Assembly: GCA_964016885.1 (NCBI GenBank)
Contig: OZ024741.1
Span: 334,180,001-334,244,000 of the forward strand
DNA length: 64,000 nt
Direction of reading: 5' to 3'
Source of the DNA: Eledone cirrhosa
Taxonomy: Eukaryota
This document shows, in pieces, positions 12,541 to 27,290 of this stretch. Position 1 is the first letter of the stretch; every line of letters starts with the position of its first letter. The notes under the pieces are model-generated. The model was not told the DNA's origin. It made no database searches and was given only the letters and a program-made list of their open reading frames with translations. Both the position numbers and the translations under genes were made by a program.

Positions 12541-15500
12541 ATTTAGGAGCAGTTTAGGTATGATACATTTTATTACTAATTATATCTAAATGTTTCTTCT
12601 CTCTTCATAATGTATTTTTAACTCTGATACTGGTTCAGTCTAGTTCAACTGAATTGGTCTGTCCCAGTCATTCATTGAGCAACATCGGTGAAGTTGGCAC
12701 CCTTAACTCACAGTTGGGTGCGGATGCATTCATGTATATATGTGTGTGTCCGCATGTATCTGTGTGTTTCTAAATATATATTGATAATAACTCCCTCTGG
12801 TCGAGCAATCTTTGAAGTGTGGGGACAGCTGGAAAGCTTCCATTACTCATACTTCTCGCCTTCTTCACCACCTCTTCTGCGGCCTCGATATAAATACCCC
12901 CTCCGCCTCCGTTGTATTTTCTTCGGGGTTATAAGAGGCTTAGCTCTGTTTCTCGACCGTTATATCGCGTGACTATCTCCCCCTCCGCCTTTTGGGATTC
13001 TTTCTCACGTCGTGTAGACGCGTTCTTGAGACTAGTAAAATGAGGTATCCTCTTGATAAGTCGGCAGACCTCGCAGGGACTCTATGTCTTTATGATATAT
13101 TGTTTTTGTTTATGCCACGAAACTACGTAGTCGAGGAATTTAGGAGCAGTTTAGGTATGATACATTTTATTACTAATTATATCTAAATGTTTCTTCTCTC
13201 TTCATAATGTATTTTTAACTCTGATACTGGTTCAGTCTAGTTCAACTGAATTGGTCTGTCCCAGTCATTCATTGAGCAACATCGGTGAAGTTGGCACCCT
13301 TAACTCACAGTTGGGTGCGGATGCATTCATGTATATATGTGTGTGTCCGCATGTATCTGTGTGTTTCTAAATATATATTGTTAATAACTCCCTCTGGTCG
13401 AGCAATCTTTGAAGTGTGGGGACAGCTGGAAAGCTTCCATTACTCATACTTCTCGCCTTCTTCACCACCTCTTCTGCGGCCTCGATATAAATACCCCCTC
13501 CGCCTCCGTGGTATTTTCTTCGGGGTTATAAGAGGCTTAGCTCTGTTTCTCGACCGTTATATCGCGTGACTATCTCCCCCTCCGCCTTTTGGGATTCTTT
13601 CTCACGTCGTGTAGACGCGTTCTTGAGACTAGTAAAATGAGGTATCCTCTTGATAAGTCGGCAGACCTCGCAGGGACTCTATGTCTTTATGATATATTGT
13701 TTTTGTTTATGCCACGAAACTACGTAGTCGAGGAATTTAGGAGCAGTTTAGGTATGATACATTTTATTACTAATTATATCTAAATGTTTCTTCTCTCTTC
13801 ATAATGTATTTTTAACTCTGATACTGGTTCAGTCTAGTTCAACTGAATTGGTCTGTCCCAGTCATTCATTGAGCAACATCGGTGAAGTTGGCACCCTTAA
13901 CTCACAGTTGGGTGCGGATGCATTCATGTATATATGTGTGTGTCCGCATGTATCTGTGTGTTTCTAAATATATATTGTTAATAACTCCCTCTGGTCGAGC
14001 AATCTTTGAAGTGTGGGGACAGCTGGAAAGCTTCCATTACTCATACTTCTCGCCTTCTTCACCACCTCTTCTGCGGCCTCGATATAAATACCCCCTCCGC
14101 CTCCGTGGTATTTTCTTCGGGGTTATAAGAGGCTTAGCTCTGTTTCTCGACCGTTATATCGCGTGACTATCTCCCCCTCCGCCTTTTGGGATTCTTTCTC
14201 ACGTCGTGTAGACGCGTTCTTGAGACTAGTAAAATGAGGTATCCTCTTGATAAGTCGGCAGACCTCGCAGGGACTCTATGTCTTTATGATATATTGTTTT
14301 TGTTTATGCCACGAAACTACGTAGTCGAGGAATTTAGGAGCAGTTTAGGTATGATACATTTTATTACTAATTATATCTAAATGTTTCTTCTCTCTTCATA
14401 ATGTATTTTTAACTCTGATACTGGTTCAGTCTAGTTCAACTGAATTGGTCTGTCCCAGTCATTCATTGAGCAACATCGGTGAAGTTGGCACCCTTAACTC
14501 ACAGTTGGGTGCGGATGCATTCATGTATATATGTGTGTGTCCGCATGTATCTGTGTGTTTCTAAATATATATTGTTAATAACTCCCTCTGGTCGAGCAAT
14601 CTTTGAAGTGTGGGGACAGCTGGAAGGCTTCCATTACTCATACTTCTCGCCTTCTTCACCACCTCTTCTGCGGCCTCGATATAAATACCCCCTCCGCCTC
14701 CGTGGTATTTTCTTCGGGGTTATAAGTGGCTTAGCTCTGTTTCTCGACCGTTATATCGCGTGACTATCTCCCCCTCCGCCTTTTGGGATTCTTTCTCACG
14801 TCGTGTAGACGCGTTCTTGAGACTAGTAAAATGAGGTATCCTCTTGATAAGTCGGCAGACCTCGCAGGGACTCTATGTCTTTATGATATATTGTTTTTGT
14901 TTATGCCATGAAACTACGTAGTCGAGGAATTTAGGAGCAGTTTAGGTATGATACATTTTATTACTAATTATATCTAAATGTTTCTTCTCTCTTCATAATG
15001 TATTTTTAACTCTGATACTGGTTCAGTCTAGTTCAACTGAATTGGTCTGTCCCAGTCATTCATTGAGCAACATCGGTGAAGTTGGCACCCTTAACTCACA
15101 GTTGGGTGCGGATGCATTCATGTATATATGTGTGTGTCCGCATGTATCTGTGTGTTTCTAAATATATATTGATAATAACTCCCTCTGGTCGAGCAATCTT
15201 TGAAGTGTGGGGACAGCTGGAAAGCTTCCATTACTCATACTTCTCGCCTTCTTCACCACCTCTTCTGCGGCCTCGATATAAATACCCCCTCCGCCTCCGT
15301 TGTATTTTCTTCGGGGTTATAAGAGGCTTAGCTCTGTTTCTCGACCGTTATATCGCGTGACTATCTCCCCCTCCGCCTTTTGGGATTCTTTCTCACGTCG
15401 TGTAGACGCGTTCTTGAGACTAGTAAAATGAGGTATCTTCTTGATAAGTCGGCAGACCTCGCAGGGACTCTATGTCTTTATGATATATTGTTTTTGTTTA

Positions 15501-18500
15501 TCCCACGAAACTACGTAGTCGAGGAATTTAGGAGCAGTTTAGGTATGATACATTTCATTACTAATTATATCTAAATGTTTCTTCTCTCTTCATAATGTAT
15601 TTTTAACTCTGATACTGGTTCAGTCTAGTTCAACTGAATTGGTCTGTCCCAGTCATTCATTGAGCAACATCGGTGAAGTTGGCACCCTTAACTCACAGTT
15701 GGGTGCGGATGCATTCATGTATATATGTGTGTGTCCGCATGTATCTGTGTGTTTCTAAATATATATATTGTTAATAACTCCCTCTGGTCGAGCAATCTTT
15801 GAAGTGTGGGGACAGCTGGAAAGCTTCCATTACTCATACTTCTCGCCTTCTTCACCACCTCTTCTGCGGCCTCGATATAAATACCCCCTCCGCCTCCGTG
15901 GTATTTTCTTCGGGGTTATAAGAGGCTTAGCTCTGTTTCTCGACCGTTATATCGCGTGACTACTTCCCCTCCGCCTTTTGGGATTCTTTCTCACGTCGTG
16001 TAGACGCGTTCTTGAGACTAGTAAAATGAGGTATCCTCTTGATAAGTCGGCAGACCTCGCAGGGACTCTATGTCTTTATGATATATTGTTTTTGTTTATG
16101 CCACGAAACTACGTAGTCGAGGAATTTAGGAGCAGTTTAGGTATGATACATTTTATTACTAATTATATCTAAATGTTTCTTCTCTCTTCATAATGTATTT
16201 TTAACTCTGATACTGGTTCAGTCTAGTTCAACTGAATTGGTCTGTCCCAGTCATTCATTGAGCAACATCGGTGAAGTTGGCACCCTTAACTCACAGTTGG
16301 GTGCGGATGCATTCATGTATATATGTGTGTGTCCATATGTATCTGTGTGTTTCTAAATATATATTGTTAATAACTCCCTCTGGTCGAGCAATCTTTGAAG
16401 TGTGGGGACAGCTGGAAAGCTTCCATTACTCATACTTCTCGCCTTCTTCACCACCTCTTCTGCGGCCTCGATATAAATACCCCCTCCGCCTCCGTGGTAT
16501 TTTCTTCGGGGTTATAAGAGGCTTAGCTCTGTTTCTCGACCGTTATATCGCGTGACTATCTCCCCCTCCGCCTTTTGGGATTCTTTCTCACGTCGTGTAG
16601 ACGCGTTCTTGAGACTAGTAAAATGAGGTATCCTCTTGATAAGTCGGCAGACCTCGCAGGGACTCTATGTCTTTATGATATATTGTTTTTGTTTATGCCA
16701 CGAAACTACGTAGTCAAGGAATTTAGGAGCAGTTTAGGTATGATACATTTTATTACTAATTATATCTAAATGTTTCTTCTCTCTTCATAATGTATTTTTA
16801 ACTCTGATACTGGTTCAGTCTAGTTCAACTGAATTGGTCTGTCCCAGTCATTCATTGAGCAACATCGGTGAAGTTGGCACCCTTAACTCACAGTTGGGTG
16901 CGGATGCATTCATGTATATATGTGTGTGTCCGCATGTATCTGTGTGTTTCTAAATATATATTGTTAATAACTCCCTCTGGTCGAGCAATCTTTGAAGTGT
17001 GGGGACAGCTGGAAAGCTTCCATTACTCATACTTCTCGCCTTCTTCACCACCTCTTCTGCGGCCTCGATATAAATACCCCCTCCGCCTCCGTGGTATTTT
17101 CTTCGGGGTTATAAGAGGCTTAGCTCTGTTTCTCGACCGTTATATCGCGTGACTATCTCCCCCTCCGCCTTTTGGGATTCTTTCTCACGTCGTGTAGACG
17201 CGTTCTTGAGACTAGTAAAATGAGGTATCCTCTTGATAAGTCGGCAGACCTCGCAGGGACTCTATGTCTTTATGATATATTGTTTTTGTTTATGCCACGA
17301 AACTACGTAGTCGAGGAATTTAGGAGCAGTTTAGGTATGATACATTTTATTACTAATTATATCTAAATGTTTCTTCTCTCTTCATAATGTATTTTTAACT
17401 CTGATACTGGTTCAGTCTAGTTCAACTGAATTGGTCTGTCCCAGTCATTCATTGAGCAACATCGGTGAAGTTGGCACCCTTAACTCACAGTTGGGTGCGG
17501 ATGCATTCATGTATATATGTGTGTGTCCGCATGTATCTGTGTGTTTCTAAATATATATTGTTAATAACTCCCTCTGGTCGAGCAATCTTTGAAGTGTGGG
17601 GACAGCTGGAAAGCTTCCATTACTCATACTTCTCGCCTTCTTCACCACCTCTTCTGCGGCCTCGATATAAATACCCCCTCCGCCTCCGTGGTATTTTCTT
17701 CGGGGTTATAAGTGGCTTAGCTCTGTTTCTCGACCGTTATATCGCGTGACTATCTCCCCCTCCGCCTTTTGGGATTCTTTCTCACGTCGTGTAGACGCGT
17801 TCTTGAGACTAGTAAAATGAGGTATCCTCTTGATAAGTCGGCAGACCTCGCAGGGACTCTATGTCTTTATGATATATTGTTTTTGTTTATGCCACGAAAC
17901 TACGTAGTCGAGGAATTTAGGAGCAGTTTAGGTATGATACATTTTATTACTAATTATATCTAAATGTTTCTTCTCTCTTCATAATGTATTTTTAACTCTG
18001 ATACTGGTTCAGTCTAGTTCAACTGAATTGGTCTGTCCCAGTCATTCATTGAGCAACATCGGTGAAGTTGGCACCCTTAACTCACAGTTGGGTGCGGATG
18101 CATTCATGTATATATGTGTGTGTCCGCATGTATCTGTGTGTTTCTAAATATATATTGATAATAACTCCCTCTGGTCGAGCAATCTTTGAAGTGTGGGGAC
18201 AGCTGGAAAGCTTCCATTACTCATACTTCTCGCCTTCTTCACCACCTCTTCTGCGGCCTCGATATAAATACCCCCTCCGCCTCCGTTGTATTTTCTTCGG
18301 GGTTATAAGAGGCTTAGCTCTGTTTCTCGACCGTTATATCGCGTGACTATCTCCCCCTCCGCCTTTTGGGATTCTTTCTCACGTCGTGTAGACGCGTTCT
18401 TGAGACTAGTAAAATGAGGTATCCTCTTGATAAGTCGGCAGACCTCGCAGGGACTCTATGTCTTTATGATATATTGTTTTTGTTTATCCCACGAAACTAC

Positions 18501-21500
18501 GTAGTCGAGGAATTTAGGAGCAGTTTAGGTATGATACATTTCATTACTAATTATATCTAAATGTTTCTTCTCTCTTCATAATGTATTTTTAACTCTGATA
18601 CTGGTTCAGTCTAGTTCAACTGAATTGGTCTGTCCCAGTCATTCATTGAGCAACATCGGTGAAGTTGGCACCCTTAACTCACAGTTGGGTGCGGATGCAT
18701 TCATGTATATATGTGTGTGTCCGCATGTATCTGTGTGTTTCTAAATATATATATTGTTAATAACTCCCTCTGGTCGAGCAATCTTTGAAGTGTGGGGACA
18801 GCTGGAAAGCTTCCATTACTCATACTTCTCGCCTTCTTCACCACCTCTTCTGCGGCCTCGATATAAATACCCCCTCCGCCTCCGTGGTATTTTCTTCGGG
18901 GTTATAAGAGGCTTAGCTCTGTTTCTCGACCGTTATATCGCGTGACTACTTCCCCTCCGCCTTTTGGGATTCTTTCTCACGTCGTGTAGACGCGTTCTTG
19001 AGACTAGTAAAATGAGGTATCCTCTTGATAAGTCGGCAGACCTCGCAGGGACTCTATGTCTTTATGATATATTGTTTTTGTTTATGCCACGAAACTACGT
19101 AGTCGAGGAATTTAGGAGCAGTTTAGGTATGATACATTTTATTACTAATTATATCTAAATGTTTCTTCTCTCTTCATAATGTATTTTTAACTCTGATACT
19201 GGTTCAGTCTAGTTCAACTGAATTGGTCTGTCCCAGTCATTCATTGAGCAACATCGGTGAAGTTGGCACCCTTAACTCACAGTTGGGTGCGGATGCATTC
19301 ATGTATATATGTGTGTGTCCATATGTATCTGTGTGTTTCTAAATATATATTGTTAATAACTCCCTCTGGTCGAGCAATCTTTGAAGTGTGGGGACAGCTG
19401 GAAAGCTTCCATTACTCATACTTCTCGCCTTCTTCACCACCTCTTCTGCGGCCTCGATATAAATACCCCCTCCGCCTCCGTGGTATTTTCTTCGGGGTTA
19501 TAAGAGGCTTAGCTCTGTTTCTCGACCGTTATATCGCGTGACTATCTCCCCCTCCGCCTTTTGGGATTCTTTCTCACGTCGTGTAGACGCGTTCTTGAGA
19601 CTAGTAAAATGAGGTATCCTCTTGATAAGTCGGCAGACCTCGCAGGGACTCTATGTCTTTATGATATATTGTTTTTGTTTATGCCACGAAACTACGTAGT
19701 CAAGGAATTTAGGAGCAGTTTAGGTATGATACATTTTATTACTAATTATATCTAAATGTTTCTTCTCTCTTCATAATGTATTTTTAACTCTGATACTGGT
19801 TCAGTCTAGTTCAACTGAATTGGTCTGTCCCAGTCATTCATTGAGCAACATCGGTGAAGTTGGCACCCTTAACTCACAGTTGGGTGCGGATGCATTCATG
19901 TATATATGTGTGTGTCCGCATGTATCTGTGTGTTTCTAAATATATATTGTTAATAACTCCCTCTGGTCGAGCAATCTTTGAAGTGTGGGGACAGCTGGAA
20001 AGCTTCCATTACTCATACTTCTCGCCTTCTTCACCACCTCTTCTGCGGCCTCGATATAAATACCCCCTCCGCCTCCGTGGTATTTTCTTCGGGGTTATAA
20101 GAGGCTTAGCTCTGTTTCTCGACCGTTATATCGCGTGACTATCTCCCCCTCCGCCTTTTGGGATTCTTTCTCACGTCGTGTAGACGCGTTCTTGAGACTA
20201 GTAAAATGAGGTATCCTCTTGATAAGTCGGCAGACCTCGCAGGGACTCTATGTCTTTATGATATATTGTTTTTGTTTATGCCACGAAACTACGTAGTCGA
20301 GGAATTTAGGAGCAGTTTAGGTATGATACATTTTATTACTAATTATATCTAAATGTTTCTTCTCTCTTCATAATGTATTTTTAACTCTGATACTGGTTCA
20401 GTCTAGTTCAACTGAATTGGTCTGTCCCAGTCATTCATTGAGCAACATCGGTGAAGTTGGCACCCTTAACTCACAGTTGGGTGCGGATGCATTCATGTAT
20501 ATATGTGTGTGTCCGCATGTATCTGTGTGTTTCTAAATATATATTGTTAATAACTCCCTCTGGTCGAGCAATCTTTGAAGTGTGGGGACAGCTGGAAAGC
20601 TTCCATTACTCATACTTCTCGCCTTCTTCACCACCTCTTCTGCGGCCTCGATATAAATACCCCCTCCGCCTCCGTGGTATTTTCTTCGGTGTTATAAGTG
20701 GCTTAGCTCTGTTTCTCGACCGTTATATCGCGTGACTATCTCCCCCTCCGCCTTTTGGGATTCTTTCTCACGTCGTGTAGACGCGTTCTTGAGACTAGTA
20801 AAATGAGGTATCCTCTTGATAAGTCGGCAGACCTCGCAGGGACTCTATGTCTTTATGATATATTGTTTTTGTTTATGCCACGAAACTACGTAGTCGAGGA
20901 ATTTAGGAGCAGTTTAGGTATGATACATTTTATTACTAATTATATCTAAATGTTTCTTCTCTCTTCATAATGTATTTTTAACTCTGATACTGGTTCAGTC
21001 TAGTTCAACTGAATTGGTCTGTCCCAGTCATTCATTGAGCAACATCGGTGAAGTTGGCACCCTTAACTCACAGTTGGGTGCGGATGCATTCATGTATATA
21101 TGTGTGTGTCCGCATGTATCTGTGTGTTTCTAAATATATATTGATAATAACTCCCTCTGGTCGAGCAATCTTTGAAGTGTGGGGACAGCTGGAAAGCTTC
21201 CATTACTCATACTTCTCGCCTTCTTCACCACCTCTTCTGCGGCCTCGATATAAATACCCCCTCCGCCTCCGTTGTATTTTCTTCGGGGTTATAAGAGGCT
21301 TAGCTCTGTTTCTCGACCGTTATATCGCGTGACTATCTCCCCCTCCGCCTTTTGGGATTCTTTCTCACGTCGTGTAGACGCGTTCTTGAGACTAGTAAAA
21401 TGAGGTATCCTCTTGATAAGTCGGCAGACCTCGCAGGGACTCTATGTCTTTATGATATATTGTTTTTGTTTATGCCACGAAACTACGTAGTCGAGGAATT

Positions 21501-24391
21501 TAGGAGCAGTTTAGGTATGATACATTTTATTACTAATTATATCTAAATGTTTCTTCTCTCTTCATAATGTATTTTTAACTCTGATACTGGTTCAGTCTAG
21601 TTCAACTGAATTGGTCTGTCCCAGTCATTCATTGAGCAACATCGGTGAAGTTGGCACCCTTAACTCACAGTTGGGTGCGGATGCATTCATGTATATATGT
21701 GTGTGTCCATATGTATCTGTGTGTTTCTAAATATATATTGTTAATAACTCCCTCTGGTCGAGCAATCTTTGAAGTGTGGGGACAGCTGGAAAGCTTCCAT
21801 TACTCATACTTCTCGCCTTCTTCACCACCTCTTCTGCGGCCTCGATATAAATACCCCCTCCGCCTCCGTGGTATTTTCTTCGGGGTTATAAGAGGCTTAG
21901 CTCTGTTTCTCGACCGTTATATCGCGTGACTATCTCCCCCTCCGCCTTTTGGGATTCTTTCTCACGTCGTGTAGACGCGTTCTTGAGACTAGTAAAATGA
22001 GGTATCCTCTTGATAAGTCGGCAGACCTCGCAGGGACTCTATGTCTTTATGATATATTGTTTTTGTTTATGCCACGAAACTACGTAGTCAAGGAATTTAG
22101 GAGCAGTTTAGGTATGATACATTTTATTACTAATTATATCTAAATGTTTCTTCTCTCTTCATAATGTATTTTTAACTCTGATACTGGTTCAGTCTAGTTC
22201 AACTGAATTGGTCTGTCCCAGTCATTCATTGAGCAACATCGGTGAAGTTGGCACCCTTAACTCACAGTTGGGTGCGGATGCATTCATGTATATATGTGTG
22301 TGTCCGCATGTATCTGTGTGTTTCTAAATATATATTGTTAATAACTCCCTCTGGTCGAGCAATCTTTGAAGTGTGGGGACAGCTGGAAAGCTTCCATTAC
22401 TCATACTTCTCGCCTTCTTCACCACCTCTTCTGCGGCCTCGATATAAATACCCCCTCCGCCTCCGTGGTATTTTCTTCGGGGTTATAAGAGGCTTAGCTC
22501 TGTTTCTCGACCGTTATATCGCGTGACTATCTCCCCCTCCGCCTTTTGGGATTCTTTCTCACGTCGTGTAGACGCGTTCTTGAGACTAGTAAAATGAGGT
22601 ATCCTCTTGATAAGTCGGCAGACCTCGCAGGGACTCTATGTCTTTATGATATATTGTTTTTGTTTATGCCACGAAACTACGTAGTCGAGGAATTTAGGAG
22701 CAGTTTAGGTATGATACATTTTATTACTAATTATATCTAAATGTTTCTTCTCTCTTCATAATGTATTTTTAACTCTGATACTGGTTCAGTCTAGTTCAAC
22801 TGAATTGGTCTGTCCCAGTCATTCATTGAGCAACATCGGTGAAGTTGGCACCCTTAACTCACAGTTGGGTGCGGATGCATTCATGTATATATGTGTGTGT
22901 CCGCATGTATCTGTGTGTTTCTAAATATATATTGTTAATAACTCCCTCTGGTCGAGCAATCTTTGAAGTGTGGGGACAGCTGGAAAGCTTCCATTACTCA
23001 TACTTCTCGCCTTCTTCACCACCTCTTCTGCGGCCTCGATATAAATACCCCCTCCGCCTCCGTGGTATTTTCTTCGGGGTTATAAGAGGCTTAGCTCTGT
23101 TTCTCGACCGTTATATCGCGTGACTATCTCCCCCTCCGCCTTTTGGGATTCTTTCTCACGTCGTGTAGACGCGTTCTTGAGACTAGTAAAATGAGGTATC
23201 CTCTTGATAAGTCGGCAGACCTCGCAGGGACTCTATGTCTTTATGATATATTGTTTTTGTTTATGCCACGAAACTACGTAGTCGAGGAATTTAGGAGCAG
23301 TTTAGGTATGATACATTTTATTACTAATTATATCTAAATGTTTCTTCTCTCTTCATAATGTATTTTTAACTCTGATACTGGTTCAGTCTAGTTCAACTGA
23401 ATTGGTCTGTCCCAGTCATTCATTGAGCAACATCGGTGAAGTTGGCACCCTTAACTCACAGTTGGGTGCGGATGCATTCATGTATATATGTGTGTCCCCG
23501 CATGTATCTGTGTGTTTCTAAATATATATTGTTAATAACTCCCTCTGGTCGAGCAATCTTTGAAGTGTGGGGACAGCTGGAAAGCTTCCATTACTCATAC
23601 TTCTCGCCTTCTTCACCACCTCTTCTGCGGCCTCGATATAAATACCCCCTCCGCCTCCGTGGTATTTTCTTCGGGGTTATAAGAGGCTTAGCTCTGTTTC
23701 TCGACCGTTATATCGCGTGACTATCTCCCCCTCCGCCTTTGGGATTCTTTCTCACGTCGTGTAGACGCGTTCTTGAGACTAGTAAAATGAGGTATCCTCT
23801 TGATAAGTCGGCAGACCTCGCAGGGACTCTATGTCTTTATGATATATTGTTTTTGTTTATGCCACGAAACTACGTAGTCGAGGAATTTAGGAGCAGTTTA
23901 GGTATGATACATTTTATTACTAATTATATCTAAATGTTTCTTCTCTCTTCATAATGTATTTTTAACTCTGATACTGGTTCAGTCTAGTTCAACTGAATTG
24001 GTCTGTCCCAGTCATTCATTGAGCAACATCGGTGAAGTTGGCACCCTTAACTCACAGTTGGGTGCGGATGCATTCATGTATATATGTGTGTGTCCGCATG
24101 TATCTGTGTGTTTCTAAATATATATTGTTAATAACTCCCTCTGGTCGAGCAATCTTTGAAGTGTGGGGACAGCTGGAAAGCTTCCATTACTCATACTTCT
24201 CGCCTTCTTCACCACCTCTTCTGCGGCCTCGATATAAATACCCCCTCCGCCTCCGTGGTATTTTCTTCGGGGTTATAAGAGGCTTAGCTCTGTTTCTCGA
24301 CCGTTATATCGCGTGACTATCTCCCCCTCCGCCTTTTGGGATTCTTTCTCACGTCGTGTAGACGCGTTCTTGAGACTAGTAAAATGAGGTA

Positions 24392-24481
24392 TCCTCTTGA
24401 TAAGTCGGCAGACCTCGCAGGGACTCTATGTCTTTATGATATATTGTTTTTGTTTATACCACGAAACTACGTAGTCGAGGA
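24392..24481 (+). ncRNA. Type I hammerhead, U3-A8 variant (last of 21 copies)
   Basis: Same motif; predicted cleavage after 24476; one stem II substitution (UACCAC). Confidence 0.75.
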
Positions 24482-24552
24482 ATTTAGGAGCAGTTTAGGT
24501 ATGATACATTTTATTACTAATTATATTTAAATGTTTCTTCTCTCTTCATAAT

Positions 24553-25639
<1,087 letters not shown>

Positions 25640-27183
25640 GAGGGTGTTAAAGTTTGCTTGAAGCATCGTGAAATGTGTAAAATACGTAGTTTAGAAAGCC
25701 ACAATAATTTAGAGGGAAATCTCGAGGTAGGAAGTGAATGATAGATAGGAGAAATAGGAGAAAGTGAAAATTGAGAGAGACAAAGATGAAAACAAAACAA
25801 AGGTAGAAGGGTTACCGTAGTGGAGATTTAATCCCAATATTTCGGGCTCACGCCCATCAACGGGGGAAAGTTCCAAAAAGGGGGGGGGGGGACAGGCTAA
25901 GCCGGAGAAGGTTGTGGTGTCGTTAAAACAGGAATGCCGTTATGGGGAGAAAATTTCTTAAAATTTAAATGTGGCAATGAATGCGCGTGCGCGTGATAGG
26001 CTGTGGCAAAAGCTACTGACCAAATGGGTTAAATCAAGAGGGTGCGCTAGCGTGTGAGAGCCGTAAAATATGTGTGTATAAATATAGATGTGTGTGTGTA
26101 TGCGTATGGGTATATATGTGTGAGTGCGTGTGTGTGTGAAAGATAGTGGGCTGTAGAAGCTGGAAATCAAAGGGTGTGAAAGGTGGTAGGTTGTAAAAAC
26201 ATGTGTGCGTGTATAAATATAGATGTGTGTGTGTATGCGTATGGGTATGCATATACGTGCGTGTGTGTGAAAATAGCAGGCCGTAAGGGCTGTGAATGGT
26301 CACTATGGTTAAGTTAGCCATGTCAGCTCATTTCTCTCAGCCCGGTTGTTAAGTGGGGGTCTGAGGTTCTTAATAACAAGTGCTTCCTTTATCCTTAAGG
26401 ATCCGATGCTGCGTTCAGTCGCTAGGACTGTGACCAATGGTCTACCCTGTGGGCTTCCGCATTTAAGGATGTGTTTACGGAAGGAAGATGCGTTGGTGTT
26501 GATATGTTCCTTGATACGAACATGTAGGGGTCGGATGGTGCTACCTATGTAAAACTTGTTACATTTATCGCATTGATTCTTATATACGACATAGGTGCGT
26601 AGGCAATCTGCCCCCCGTATCGGGCAGTTGCTGAGGGAACACGTCCCATCTGACTCGTCGGGTTTGTTGGAGAGGCATCTTCGCAGCGAAGGTCCTGTGT
26701 GGGCCAAATGTATGTCAAGTCCCTCCGTCCGTATGGCCCTGCGGATGGCGTTCGTGGTATATTCACTCAGGTGGGGGATTTTAAAGAAGCACCTGCTTTT
26801 ATTTAAGTTTCTAGTGGGTGTCTGTCTATTGGGTCTGGGGTCTCTAATTCCGTTAATCAGTCGCTTGGGATATCCATTAGACTTGAGTAGATTACGGAAT
26901 TGCGTGGTATGGGTGAGACCACTCATCGGGTCGCTGCATCTGTTAGTGATCCGTGTCAGTTCATTTAGGACATAGCCTCTCTTAGCGTTGTTGGGGAGGG
27001 CTGAGTTGTAATGCACAAATAAGTCCTTGCACGCTGCTTTGCGGTAGAAGGTGGTGTTTATGTCTCCTTCTTCCGAGATGTTGATACGGAAGTCGAGGAG
27101 GGCGAGTGACCCGTCTTCTCCTGGGTGTTCGATGGTGAAATCGACGTGATGGTCAGTACCATTGAAGATTTGGTGAATTTCAT
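25640..27183 (-). mobile_element. 5'-truncated Penelope-like element (Penelope/Poseidon-like) with RT C-terminus, GIY-YIG and 3' UTR
   Basis: Minus frame VDFTIEHPGEDGSLALLDFRI...TTFYRK...HYNSALP...LKSNGYP...YVVYKNQCDKCNKFYIGSTIRPLHVRIKEH...IKEALVIK...LN; degenerate HHR-like GGGC-GUGA-GCCC-GAAAUAUUGGGA at 25832-25867; both ends in (TA)n. Confidence 0.88.
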
Positions 27184-27222
27184 TTATATATATTTATATA
27201 TATATATATATATATATATTTG

Positions 27223-27290
<68 letters not shown>

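Larger units (their letters stand above)
12167..24552 (+). mobile_element. Tandem array of ~20.7 x 597-bp hammerhead-containing units (retrozyme-like satellite)
   Basis: Equivalent positions recur every 596-598 bp (12395, 12992, ... 24336; 21 copies) with only a few differences per unit; one HHR per unit; inverted unit fragment 12103-12163 at the 5' edge; 3' end runs into (TA)n. Confidence 0.9.

Noticed and set aside
12184-24530. Repeated 94-aa and 64-aa ORFs in the 597-bp unit
   Set aside because: GTG/TTG starts in a eukaryote, no recognisable domain, and broken by a stop or frameshifts in several units; the RNA-structure explanation fits better.
12167-24552. CRISPR array, or tandem 5S/snRNA/tRNA/histone gene cluster
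   Set aside because: Units are identical throughout with no unique spacers and no cas genes; no 5S, U snRNA, SL RNA, tRNA or histone sequence was recognised.
25832-25867. Functional hammerhead at the PLE end
   Set aside because: Core reads CCGUUGA (two uncompensated changes); treated as decayed.
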